Positions 17,347 to 25,903 of a stretch of 32,000 bases of DNA are shown piece after piece; the first letter of the stretch is position 1; the number at the start of each line of letters is the position of its first letter. The stretch spans positions 2,100,001 through 2,132,000 of the forward strand of contig NC_000962.3 of assembly GCF_000195955.2 (NCBI RefSeq), given 5' to 3'. A model generated the notes under the pieces. It was not told where the DNA came from. It saw nothing but the letters and a program-made list of their open reading frames with translations, and made no database searches. Made by a program: the position numbers and the translations under genes. This stretch comes from Mycobacterium tuberculosis H37Rv (GTDB lineage Bacteria > Actinomycetota > Actinomycetes > Mycobacteriales > Mycobacteriaceae).

Positions 17347-19446
17347 GTGCAGATCCTGGTTACCGACGCCACGGGTGCCGTCGGGCGGTCGGTCACTCGG
17401 CAGTTGATCGCTGCCGGACACACGGTGAGCGGTATAGCCCAGCACCCGCACGATGCTCTGGACCCCCGCGTCGACTATGTTTGCGCGTCGTTGCGCAACC
17501 CAGTGCTGCAAGAGTTAGCCGGCGAAGCCGACGCGGTGATCCATCTCGCCCCGGTCGACACCAGCGCCCCGGGCGGTGTTGGCATCACCGGACTGGCACA
17601 TGTGGCCAACGCGGCCGCCCGCGCCGGTGCCCGGCTGCTGTTCGTTTCTCAGGCCGCTGGGCGACCCGAACTATATCGGCAGGCTGAGACGCTGGTGTCC
17701 ACCGGTTGGGCACCCAGCTTGGTCATCCGTATTGCGCCACCGGTCGGCCGCCAACTCGATTGGATGGTGTGCCGGACAGTGGCCACGCTGCTGCGGAGCA
17801 AAGTCTCGGCACGGCCGATACGAGTGCTACATCTCGACGACTTGGTCCGCTTCCTGGTTTTGGCGCTGAATACCGACCGCAACGGTGTCGTTGACCTGGC
17901 CACCCCTGACACCACCAATGTGGTCACCGCGTGGCGGCTGCTCCGATCCGTGGACCCGCACTTGCGAACACGTCGGGTCCGCAGCTGGGAGCAATTGATT
18001 CCCGAGGTGGATATCGCTGCCGTGCAGGAGGATTGGAACTTCGAGTTCGGCTGGCAAGCGACCGAAGCAATTGTCGACACCGGGCGGGGCCTCGTCGGCC
18101 GCAGACTGCACCCGGCAGGCGCGACCAACGGATCGGGTCAACTAGCACTGCCGGTGGAGGCGCCCCCGCGGTCTGTGCCTTCCCACGGGGAACCCTTGGG
18201 CAGCGCGGCTCCAGAAGGGTTGGAGGGAGAGTTCGACGACCGTATCGACGAGCGGTTCCCGGTCTTCAGCTCGGCCAGTCTCGCCGAAGCGCTGCCGGGT
18301 CCGCTGACCCCGATGACGCTGGATGTCCAGTTGAGTGGACTGCGCGCGGCCGGTCGGGCGATGGGTCGGGTACTGGCGCTTGGCGGTGTCGTTGCCGATG
18401 AGTGGGAGAGAAGAGCCATCGCGGTGTTCGGTCACCGCCCGTATATCGGAGTGTCGGCCAATATTGTGGCCGCCGCCCAACTGCCGGGGTGGGACGCGCA
18501 GGCCGTAGCCCGGCGGGCACTGGGCGAGCAACCGCAGGTCACTGAGCTGCTTCCGTTTGGTCGACCGCAACTTGCGGGCGGACCGCTCGGCTCGGTCGCG
18601 AAGGTGGTCGTGACGGCGCGGTCGCTGGCCCTGCTGCGCCATCTCCGGAGCGACACACACCACTATGTTGCCGCCGCAGATGCCGAGCACCTCGCTGCCG
18701 GGCAGCTTGCCTCGCTACCGGACGCCGGCTTGGAGGTCCGGATTCGGCTGTTGCGTGATCGCATCCACCAAGGCTGGATTCTTACGGTGCTGTGGGTGAT
18801 CGACACGGGCGTCACAGCGGCGACGTTAGAGCACACCCGCGCAGGCTCCGCGGTGTCCGGAGGGGGCATGATCATGGAAAGTGGCAGAATCGGCGCCGAG
18901 ATTGCTCCGCTGGCTGCGGTGCTGCGCGCCGACCCGCCGCTGTGCGCGCTGGCCAACGACGGCAACCTCGCCAGCATCCGCGCGCTGTCTGCTCCCGCCG
19001 CCGCCGCAGTTGACGCGGTCATTGCCCGGATAGGGCACCGCGGGTTAGGCGAAGCCGAGCTGGCTAACCTGACGTTTGCCGACGATCCGGCGCTACTGCT
19101 GAAGACAGCCGCCGAAATCGCCGCGCGGCCCGCCGGGCCAGCTCACCCAGCGACGTTGATCCAGCGACTGGCTGCCGGCACGCGCAGTGCCCGGGAGCTG
19201 GCGCACGACACCACCATCCGATTCACCCATGAGCTCCGGATGACATTGCGGGAGTTGGGATCTCGACGAGTCGCGGCGGATGTGATAGACGTCGTTGACG
19301 ACGTGTTCTACCTGACCTGCGACGAACTGATTACCACGCCGGCCGACGCTCGGCTGCGAATCAAACGTCGGCGCGCCGAACGAGAACGCCTGCAGGCACA
19401 GCGCCCGCCAGACGTTATCGATCATGCCTGGGTACCCGTGGAGTAG
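17347..19446 (+). CDS. NAD-dependent-epimerase-like N-terminal domain fused to a large C-terminal region with PEP-utilising-enzyme-like sequence, 699 aa
   Basis: N-terminus MQILVTDATGAVGRSVTRQLIAAGHTVSG; C-terminus LRELGSRRVAADVIDVVDDVFYLTCDELI. Confidence 0.8.
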   Translation: MQILVTDATGAVGRSVTRQLIAAGHTVSGIAQHPHDALDPRVDYVCASLRNPVLQELAGEADAVIHLAPVDTSAPGGVGITGLAHVANAAARAGARLLFVSQAAGRPELYRQAETLVSTGWAPSLVIRIAPPVGRQLDWMVCRTVATLLRSKVSARPIRVLHLDDLVRFLVLALNTDRNGVVDLATPDTTNVVTAWRLLRSVDPHLRTRRVRSWEQLIPEVDIAAVQEDWNFEFGWQATEAIVDTGRGLVGRRLHPAGATNGSGQLALPVEAPPRSVPSHGEPLGSAAPEGLEGEFDDRIDERFPVFSSASLAEALPGPLTPMTLDVQLSGLRAAGRAMGRVLALGGVVADEWERRAIAVFGHRPYIGVSANIVAAAQLPGWDAQAVARRALGEQPQVTELLPFGRPQLAGGPLGSVAKVVVTARSLALLRHLRSDTHHYVAAADAEHLAAGQLASLPDAGLEVRIRLLRDRIHQGWILTVLWVIDTGVTAATLEHTRAGSAVSGGGMIMESGRIGAEIAPLAAVLRADPPLCALANDGNLASIRALSAPAAAAVDAVIARIGHRGLGEAELANLTFADDPALLLKTAAEIAARPAGPAHPATLIQRLAAGTRSARELAHDTTIRFTHELRMTLRELGSRRVAADVIDVVDDVFYLTCDELITTPADARLRIKRRRAERERLQAQRPPDVIDHAWVPVE

Positions 19447-19459
19447 CGGTCAACACACG

Positions 19460-20695
19460 TCAATTCGTCGTCAGGTCCGCCAACGGCCACTGCGGATCAA
19501 CCAGCCTGTCAACGTCGACCGGGTTCCCGGACCGGATCAGGCCCTTGACGTCGTCCACCACGTCCCAGACGTTGACATTCATCCCGGCTAGCACCCGGCT
19601 GTCGCCGTCGAGCCAGAAGGAGAGGAACTCGCGGCCGGCAACGTTGCCACGGAACACCACCCGATCACAGCTGGGGGCGTGGCCGACGTACTCCATGCCG
19701 AGGTCGTATTGATCGGTGAACAAATAGGGCAGTTCAGCGTATTCGCCCGGCCGGCCCAGCATGCCGGCAGCCGCCACCGCGGGTTGTTTGAGCGCGTTGG
19801 CCCAGTGTTCGGTACGGACGCGGGTACCCAATAGCGGGTGTTCAGCGGCGGCAATGTCGCCGACTGCGTAGATGTCGGGATCGCTGGTGCGCAGCGATGC
19901 ATCAACCAACACACCGCCCTCGCCCATCGCCAGCCCGGCCTGTTGGGCGAGTTCTACGTTGGGCTTCGCGCCCACAGCGACTAGCACGGCGTCGGCGGCA
20001 ACCGTCGACCCGTCACGCATCTTGAGCCCGGTCGCCTTGCCGTCGGCTGCAGTGATCTCTTCGAGCTGGGTCTGCAACCGTAAGTCCACCCCTTGATCTC
20101 GATGTAGGTCGGCAAACACTTTGCCAACCGCTTCCCCGAGCGCGGCCAGCAGCGGTTGTATGGCGGTCTCGACGACGGTGACGTCGACGCCACGTTGACG
20201 CGCACTGGCGGCCACTTCCAGGCCTATCCAGCCGGCACCCACCACTGCGAGGGAAGACCCCTGCACCAGAACGGAGTTCAATGCCACGGCGTCGTTGTAG
20301 CTGCGCAGGTAGTGGACGCCGGCGGCATCGGATCCAGGTATTGGTGGGCGCCGTGGGGCCGATCCCGTGGCCAACAGCAGCTTGTCGTAGCGCACCGCAG
20401 CGCCGTCGGGAAGCTCTACCGTGTGTGCGGACCGATCCAATGACGACACCCGCACGCCGAGCCGCACATCCACGTCATGGTCGCGGTACCAATCGGAGGT
20501 CTGGATGGTGAAGTCGCTCAGCGACTTTTTGCCGGCCAGAAACTCCTTGGAAAGCGGCGGCCGGTCGTAGGGCAGGTGCTCTTCGTCGCCGAACAAGATA
20601 ATCCGACCGCCGAAGTCGCTGCGGCGCAACGCCTCTACGGCTTTAGCCCCGGCAAGTCCCCCGCCAACAATGACGAACGTGGTTGAGCTGGCCAT
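19460..20695 (-). CDS. Ferredoxin/rubredoxin reductase-like FAD-dependent oxidoreductase, 411 aa
   Basis: FVIVGGGLAGAKAVEALR, LLLATGSAPRR, LAVVGAGWIGLEVAASAR, DIYAVGDIAAAEHPLLG. Confidence 0.95.
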   Translation of the reverse strand: MASSTTFVIVGGGLAGAKAVEALRRSDFGGRIILFGDEEHLPYDRPPLSKEFLAGKKSLSDFTIQTSDWYRDHDVDVRLGVRVSSLDRSAHTVELPDGAAVRYDKLLLATGSAPRRPPIPGSDAAGVHYLRSYNDAVALNSVLVQGSSLAVVGAGWIGLEVAASARQRGVDVTVVETAIQPLLAALGEAVGKVFADLHRDQGVDLRLQTQLEEITAADGKATGLKMRDGSTVAADAVLVAVGAKPNVELAQQAGLAMGEGGVLVDASLRTSDPDIYAVGDIAAAEHPLLGTRVRTEHWANALKQPAVAAAGMLGRPGEYAELPYLFTDQYDLGMEYVGHAPSCDRVVFRGNVAGREFLSFWLDGDSRVLAGMNVNVWDVVDDVKGLIRSGNPVDVDRLVDPQWPLADLTTN

Positions 20696-20794
20696 AATTG
20701 CTGCTCCGTCCTGTTGTGTGCGGTGCCGCTTGACAGCCTACGAGCCGGTCGCGTACCTGGGTCAACCGGTCACCTGCAGGCGCAGCTCGTCGTC

Positions 20795-21430
20795 TTACGC
20801 CACTCGCACTAACGCAGCAGCGAGCAGCGCATTGGAGCTGGGTGCCACCGACGCCAGCTTCTTCGGGTCAGTGGGCAAGCCGAGCTGCTTCGCCGCGGCG
20901 GTGGCTCGATCGTCGAAATACGGTCGTACCCAGATCCAGACGTCTTGGACCTCGCGTAAGAAAATGTCGGCACCGGTGTCGCCGATTCCGTTGAAAGTCT
21001 TGAGCATACGTTTGGCGGCCGAAACGTCGGGTCGTGTGCGCTGGGCGAGTTCCCGCAAATCACCGGAGTACTCGTCGCGAACCCGGTGAGCGATAGCGGT
21101 GAGCCGGGTGGCTGAGCTCTCGTCATACCGCACGTAGTGGGCACGGCCAAACGCACTGATCATCGTTTGTCGCTCTGCTGACAGCACAGCTTTGGGTGTC
21201 CGCAGGCCCGAGCAGAACAATTCCCGGGCGGCACGTGCTGCCGTGGCGGCACCGATCGGCTTGCTGGCCAGCATGCACAGCACCAGCAGCTGAAACAGCG
21301 GCATCGGTTTGTCCCTGATCCGGATTCCCGCCTCCGCCGCGTAAGTGGTGCCGGCGAGTTTAAGCAGTCGTCGTGCCAGTGGCTCCGGCTTGATCACAAG
21401 CAACCGCATACCCGCAATGCGTGGCGGCAA
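20795..21430 (-). CDS. HhH-domain protein resembling the endonuclease III superfamily, catalytic residues apparently missing, 211 aa
   Basis: Helix-hairpin-helix-like segment MLKTFNGIGDTGADIFLREVQDVWIWVRPYFDDRA. Confidence 0.75.
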   Translation of the reverse strand: MPPRIAGMRLLVIKPEPLARRLLKLAGTTYAAEAGIRIRDKPMPLFQLLVLCMLASKPIGAATAARAARELFCSGLRTPKAVLSAERQTMISAFGRAHYVRYDESSATRLTAIAHRVRDEYSGDLRELAQRTRPDVSAAKRMLKTFNGIGDTGADIFLREVQDVWIWVRPYFDDRATAAAKQLGLPTDPKKLASVAPSSNALLAAALVRVA

Positions 21431-21494
21431 ACCGCGACTATTGCTCGGGCAAGCGCGCTCCGGCGGCCTAAGCCCCGGTTCCGGCCAACCCCTG

Positions 21495-21884
21495 TCAGTC
21501 CAAATCCACCCGGATGGTCAGCAAGTCGGTGCCCATCGCGCGTACGCCGGCACTGTTCAGCCGGGGTAGGCCGCGCAGCCGCTGCCTCGGATCGTCGTCG
21601 GGTAGCAGGTAGGCGGTCCCACTGCGCCATCGGCCGCCGATGCGGACCCGCACGGCGGGGTTGGCCTTGATGTTGTAGACGTAATCGGAATGCTCGCCGT
21701 GCTCGGACACCATCCAGAACTGGTTGTCTACGACGCGCCCGCCCACCGCGGTACGCCGCGGCTGTCCCGTTTTGCGGCCGATGGTTTCGAGCATGGTCAT
21801 CGGCAGTTGCCGGCCGATTGGATTGACCACGAACCGTTGCACGCGATGGACGAATTCCCGCTTGAGATTCATAGCTGCATTCAA
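21495..21884 (-). CDS. DUF385/Ddn-like deazaflavin (F420)-dependent nitroreductase family protein, 129 aa
   Basis: GRQLPMTMLETIGRKTGQPRRTAVGGRVVDNQFWMVSEHGEHSDYVYNIKANPAVRVRIGGRWRSGTAYLLPDDDP. Confidence 0.87.
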   Translation of the reverse strand: MNAAMNLKREFVHRVQRFVVNPIGRQLPMTMLETIGRKTGQPRRTAVGGRVVDNQFWMVSEHGEHSDYVYNIKANPAVRVRIGGRWRSGTAYLLPDDDPRQRLRGLPRLNSAGVRAMGTDLLTIRVDLD

Positions 21885-21906
21885 CGCTACCGATCTGGCC
21901 GCGGCC

Positions 21907-23151
21907 TCACGTTGGTGCCCCGATAGGGCCGAGCCGCCGCAGTTGTGTCACGTGCCGAGGTGACAGCTCCTCAAGGCAGGTCACGCCCAGTAGCCGCATG
22001 GTCCGGATCACACCTGTCTGAAGGATCTCGATCGCGCGGTTGACGCCCGCCTCACCACCGGCCATCAGCCCGTAAAGGTAGGCCCGCCCGATCAGCGTGC
22101 ACCGTGCCCCCAACGCGATCGCCGCGACGATATCGGCGCCCGACATGATGCCGGTGTCCACCAGGATTTCGGTGTGTTTGCCCAGTTCGCGTGCCACGTG
22201 GGGCAACAGGTGGAAGGGTACCGGGGCTCGGTCAAGCTGGCGGCCGCCGTGATTGGACAACACGATGCCGTCGACGCCGCGGTCCACCACGGCGCGGGCG
22301 TCGTCGAGTGTTTGGATCCCTTTGACAACGAGCTTGCCCGGCCACTGCGACTTGATCCAGGCCAAATCGTCGAAGGTGAGGCTGGGGTCGAACACGGTGT
22401 TCAAGTACTCGCCGACGGTGCCAGGCCAGCGATCCAGTGAAGCGAAGGCCAGCGGTTCGGTGGTCAACAAGTCGAACCACCACCGCGGGTGTCCCATCGC
22501 GTCGAGAACGGTTCGCAGCGTCAGCGCCGGCGGGATGGACATCCCGTTGCGGACATCGCGTAGCCGGGCACCGGCGACCGGGACGTCGACCGTGACCAGC
22601 ATGGTGTCAAATCCCGCGGCGGCGACGCGCCGCACCAATGCCATCGAGCGGTCTCGATCACGCCACATATACAGCTGGAACCATTTGCGGCCCTGCGGCA
22701 CAGCGATGACGAGGTCTTCGATGGCACAGGTGGCCAGGGTGGATAGCGAAAACGGGATCCCAGCCGCGGCCGCCGCCCGCGCGCCGGCGATCTCGCCCTC
22801 GGTGTGCATCAAGCGGGTGAACCCGGTTGGCGCGATCCCGAATGGCAAGACGGTGGGCTGACCGAGGACGTTCCAGCCGGCGCACACGGTGGTGACGTCA
22901 CGCAGGATTGTCGGGTGAAACTCGATGTCGCGGAACCCTTGTCGAGCACGCGCGATGGACAGTTCGTCCTCGGCACCCCCGTCGGCGTAGTCGAACGCCG
23001 CCCTAGGGGTACGCCGTTTGGCAATGCGTCGCAGGTCCTGGATGGTCAGCGCGGCGCCCAGGCGGCGCTTGGAGGTGTCGAACTGCGGCCTGTTGAACTG
23101 GAGCAGGGGTGCCAGATCGCGCACTCTGGGCACTCGCCGGTTGACCGCCAT
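21907..23151 (-). CDS. lldD2: L-lactate dehydrogenase (FMN-dependent), 414 aa
   Basis: [44 protein letters not shown] signature of FMN-dependent alpha-hydroxyacid dehydrogenases. Confidence 0.94.
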
Positions 23152-23173
23152 CCGTTTATCTAACCAGTTTGAT

Positions 23174-23611
23174 ATGAAGTCAGCAAGCGACCCGTTCGAC
23201 CTGAAGCGTTTCGTGTACGCGCAGGCTCCGGTCTACCGCAGCGTCGTCGAGGAGCTGCGCGCCGGACGAAAGCGCGGTCATTGGATGTGGTTCGTCTTCC
23301 CACAACTCCGCGGGCTAGGTAGTAGCCCACTGGCAGTGCGCTACGGCATCTCCTCGCTCGAGGAAGCCCAGGCCTATCTGCAGCATGACCTGCTCGGGCC
23401 CCGCTTGCATGAGTGCACCGGGTTGGTCAACCAGGTGCAAGGCCGCTCAATCGAGGAAATCTTCGGCCCGCCCGACGACCTCAAGCTGTGCTCGTCGATG
23501 ACCCTGTTCGCCCGTGCCACCGACGCCAACCAGGACTTTGTCGCGCTGCTCGCCAAGTATTACGGCGGCGGAGAGGACCGGCGGACGGTGGCATTACTGG
23601 CGGTCACATAG
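23174..23611 (+). CDS. DUF1810 family protein, 145 aa
   Basis: [64 protein letters not shown]. Confidence 0.9.
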
Positions 23612-23665
23612 ACCGCGCGATCCACCGGGGCGTCGACGCCTGACAGCGGATGTAGGTTCGGGCTC

Positions 23666-24370
23666 ATGGAGAAGGTGATCGCCGTGCTCATGCGGCCCGA
23701 GCCAGACGACGACTGGTGTGCCCGCCAACGAGCTCAAGTCGCCGACGCCCTGCTGGGACTGGGCGTTGCTGGGCTGTCGATCAATGTCCGGGACAGTACC
23801 GTGCGCGACTCACTGATGACCCTGACAACGCTGTACCCACCGGTCGCAGCGGTGGTCAGCCTGTGGACCCAGCAGTGCTATGGCGAGCAGGTAGCAGCCG
23901 CCCTCAGGCTACTGGCTCAGGAGTGTGATGAACTCGGCGCATACCTGGTGACCGAGTCGGTTCCGCTGACCTTCCCATCGCTCGTCGAGTCCGGTTCTCG
24001 TACACCGGGTCTGGCCAACATCGCGCTCCTGCGCCGGCCCGATGGCCTGGACCAGGCGACCTGGCTGACCCGCTGGCAGCGCGACCACACGCAAGTGGCT
24101 ATCGAGGCACAGGCGACATTCGGCTACACCCAGAACTGGGTGGTACGAGCCCTCACCCCAGAGGCACCGGGAATCGCGGGCATTGTCGAAGAGTTGTTTC
24201 CCGTGGCGGCGACAACCGATCTGAAAGCCTTCTTCGGAGCCGCCGACGACAACGATCTGCGGAATCGGATAAGCCGGATGGTCGCGAGCACATCTGCATT
24301 CGGTGCCAACCAGAACATCGACACCGTGCCAACCAGCCGCTACGTGTTCAGAACACCGTTCAAGGATTGA
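23666..24370 (+). CDS. Conserved hypothetical protein, possibly EthD-like (234 aa from ATG 23666; alternative GTG 23684 gives 228 aa)
   Basis: Long coherent frame; TWLTRWQRDHTQVAIEAQATFGYTQNWVVRAL segment is EthD-like. Confidence 0.8.
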   Translation: MEKVIAVLMRPEPDDDWCARQRAQVADALLGLGVAGLSINVRDSTVRDSLMTLTTLYPPVAAVVSLWTQQCYGEQVAAALRLLAQECDELGAYLVTESVPLTFPSLVESGSRTPGLANIALLRRPDGLDQATWLTRWQRDHTQVAIEAQATFGYTQNWVVRALTPEAPGIAGIVEELFPVAATTDLKAFFGAADDNDLRNRISRMVASTSAFGANQNIDTVPTSRYVFRTPFKD

Positions 24371-24380
24371 GGAACGTGAG

Positions 24381-24824
24381 ATGACAACACTCAACGAAGC
24401 CGCGGCACTGGCGGCGGCAGAACGTGGGCTTGCGGTGGTTTCCACCGTTCGTGCCGACGGCACCGTGCAGGCGTCGCTGGTCAACGTTGGACTGTTGCCG
24501 CATCCTGTCAGCGGCGAACCATCTCTGGGATTCACCACCTATGGCAAGGTCAAACTCGGCAACCTTAGGGCGCGCCCACAACTGGCCGTCACGTTCCGCA
24601 ACGGTTGGCAGTGGGCGACCGTCGAAGGCCGAGCACAACTTGTCGGCCCCGACGATCCGCGGCCGTGGCTGGTCGACGGCGAGCGATTGCGGCTGCTACT
24701 CCGCGAGGTCTTCACTGCGGCGGGTGGCACGCACGACGACTGGGACGAGTACGACCGGGTGATGGCGCAGGAGCAGCGCGCCGTGGTGCTGATCACGCCC
24801 ACCCGCATCTACAGCAACGGCTGA
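24381..24824 (+). CDS. Pyridoxamine 5'-phosphate-oxidase-like / F420-dependent family protein, 147 aa
   Basis: AAAERGLAVVSTVRADGTVQASLVNVG, FTTYGKVKLGNLRARPQLAVTFRNGWQWATVEGRAQLVG. Confidence 0.88.
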   Translation: MTTLNEAAALAAAERGLAVVSTVRADGTVQASLVNVGLLPHPVSGEPSLGFTTYGKVKLGNLRARPQLAVTFRNGWQWATVEGRAQLVGPDDPRPWLVDGERLRLLLREVFTAAGGTHDDWDEYDRVMAQEQRAVVLITPTRIYSNG

Positions 24825-24829
24825 GGGAC

Positions 24830-25048
24830 TCAGCAAACGGCGTCGCTCGTGCGACCTGCGGGGTCGAGTTGGGTTGGGTTGAGTCGGGCGGCTGCGATGA
24901 TAGCTCGCAGTGTGCGCCGGCAGCGTCCGCAGTCGCCGCCAGCCCCGCACACAGCGGCCACTTCTTTGGAGGTCGACGCACCTCGCGCCACGGCGTCACA
25001 CACGGTTTGGTTGGTGACGCCGACGCACAAGCACACGTACATCAGCAA
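24830..25048 (-). CDS. Bacterioferritin-associated ferredoxin (Bfd)-like [2Fe-2S] protein, 72 aa
   Basis: MLMYVCLCVGVTNQTVCDAVARGASTSKEVAAVCGAGGDCGRCRRTLRAIIAAA: C-x-C-x31-C-x2-C arrangement as in Bfd, divergent from bfrA. Confidence 0.88.
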   Translation of the reverse strand: MLMYVCLCVGVTNQTVCDAVARGASTSKEVAAVCGAGGDCGRCRRTLRAIIAAARLNPTQLDPAGRTSDAVC

Positions 25049-25090
25049 ACCCCCAGCAGATGCTGCGTCGGCGAACGATCAAGCCGCATA

Positions 25091-25109
25091 TTAGTGGAGT
25101 CTAGCCTAA
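25091..25109. promoter_or_regulatory. IdeR (iron box)-like operator 1
   Basis: TTAGTGGAGTCTAGCCTAA; 14/19 identity to TTAGGTTAGGCTAACCTAA. Confidence 0.75.
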
Positions 25110-25114
25110 GCTGA

Positions 25115-25133
25115 TTAGTGGAGTCTAACCTAA
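25115..25133. promoter_or_regulatory. IdeR (iron box)-like operator 2
   Basis: TTAGTGGAGTCTAACCTAA; 15/19 identity to the consensus; begins 24 bp after operator 1 begins. Confidence 0.8.
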
Positions 25134-25339
25134 CAATGACCCGCGGCTTGGACTTTGCGCCGGCGAGACGCGCCGACGCCGCAACAAACCCTGCGCCGAC
25201 CCGTACTCGCTGCACTAGATTGAGACGCGGCACGCAAACGTGCTGTTATCAGCCCAAGACGAGCCCGACACCGGTGCGCTCCAGCCCTGCCCACCTGGCG
25301 CGGTTCGCCACGACAGCCTTATATCCCATAGGAGTGGTC

Positions 25340-25819
25340 ATGCAAGGTGATCCCGATGTTCTGCGCCTGCTCAACGAACAATTGACCAGCGAGCTCACCG
25401 CTATCAACCAATACTTTCTGCACTCCAAGATGCAGGACAACTGGGGTTTTACCGAGCTGGCGGCCCACACCCGCGCGGAGTCGTTCGACGAAATGCGGCA
25501 CGCCGAGGAAATCACCGATCGCATCTTGTTGCTGGATGGTTTGCCGAACTACCAGCGCATCGGTTCGTTGCGTATCGGCCAGACGCTCCGCGAGCAATTT
25601 GAGGCCGATCTGGCGATCGAATACGACGTGTTGAATCGTCTCAAGCCAGGAATCGTCATGTGCCGGGAGAAACAGGACACCACCAGCGCCGTACTGCTGG
25701 AGAAAATCGTTGCCGACGAGGAAGAACACATCGACTACTTGGAAACGCAGCTGGAGCTGATGGACAAGCTAGGAGAGGAGCTTTACTCGGCGCAGTGCGT
25801 CTCTCGCCCACCGACCTGA
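25340..25819 (+). CDS. bfrA: Bacterioferritin BfrA, 159 aa
   Basis: MQGDPDVLRLLNEQLTSELTAINQYFLHSKMQDNWG...FDEMRHAEEITDRILLLDGLPNYQ...EEEHIDYLETQL. Confidence 0.97.
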   Translation: MQGDPDVLRLLNEQLTSELTAINQYFLHSKMQDNWGFTELAAHTRAESFDEMRHAEEITDRILLLDGLPNYQRIGSLRIGQTLREQFEADLAIEYDVLNRLKPGIVMCREKQDTTSAVLLEKIVADEEEHIDYLETQLELMDKLGEELYSAQCVSRPPT

Positions 25820-25903
25820 TGCCCGCTTGAGGATTCTCCGATACCACTCCGGGCGCCGCTGACAAGCTCTAGCATCGACTCGAACAGCGATGGGAGGGCG
25901 GAT

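Noticed and set aside
25118-25339. Extended N-terminus of BfrA (233 aa version)
   Set aside because: The extension starts inside an IdeR-like box and is low-complexity; the canonical ferritin fold begins at MQGDPDVLRLLNEQL (25340).
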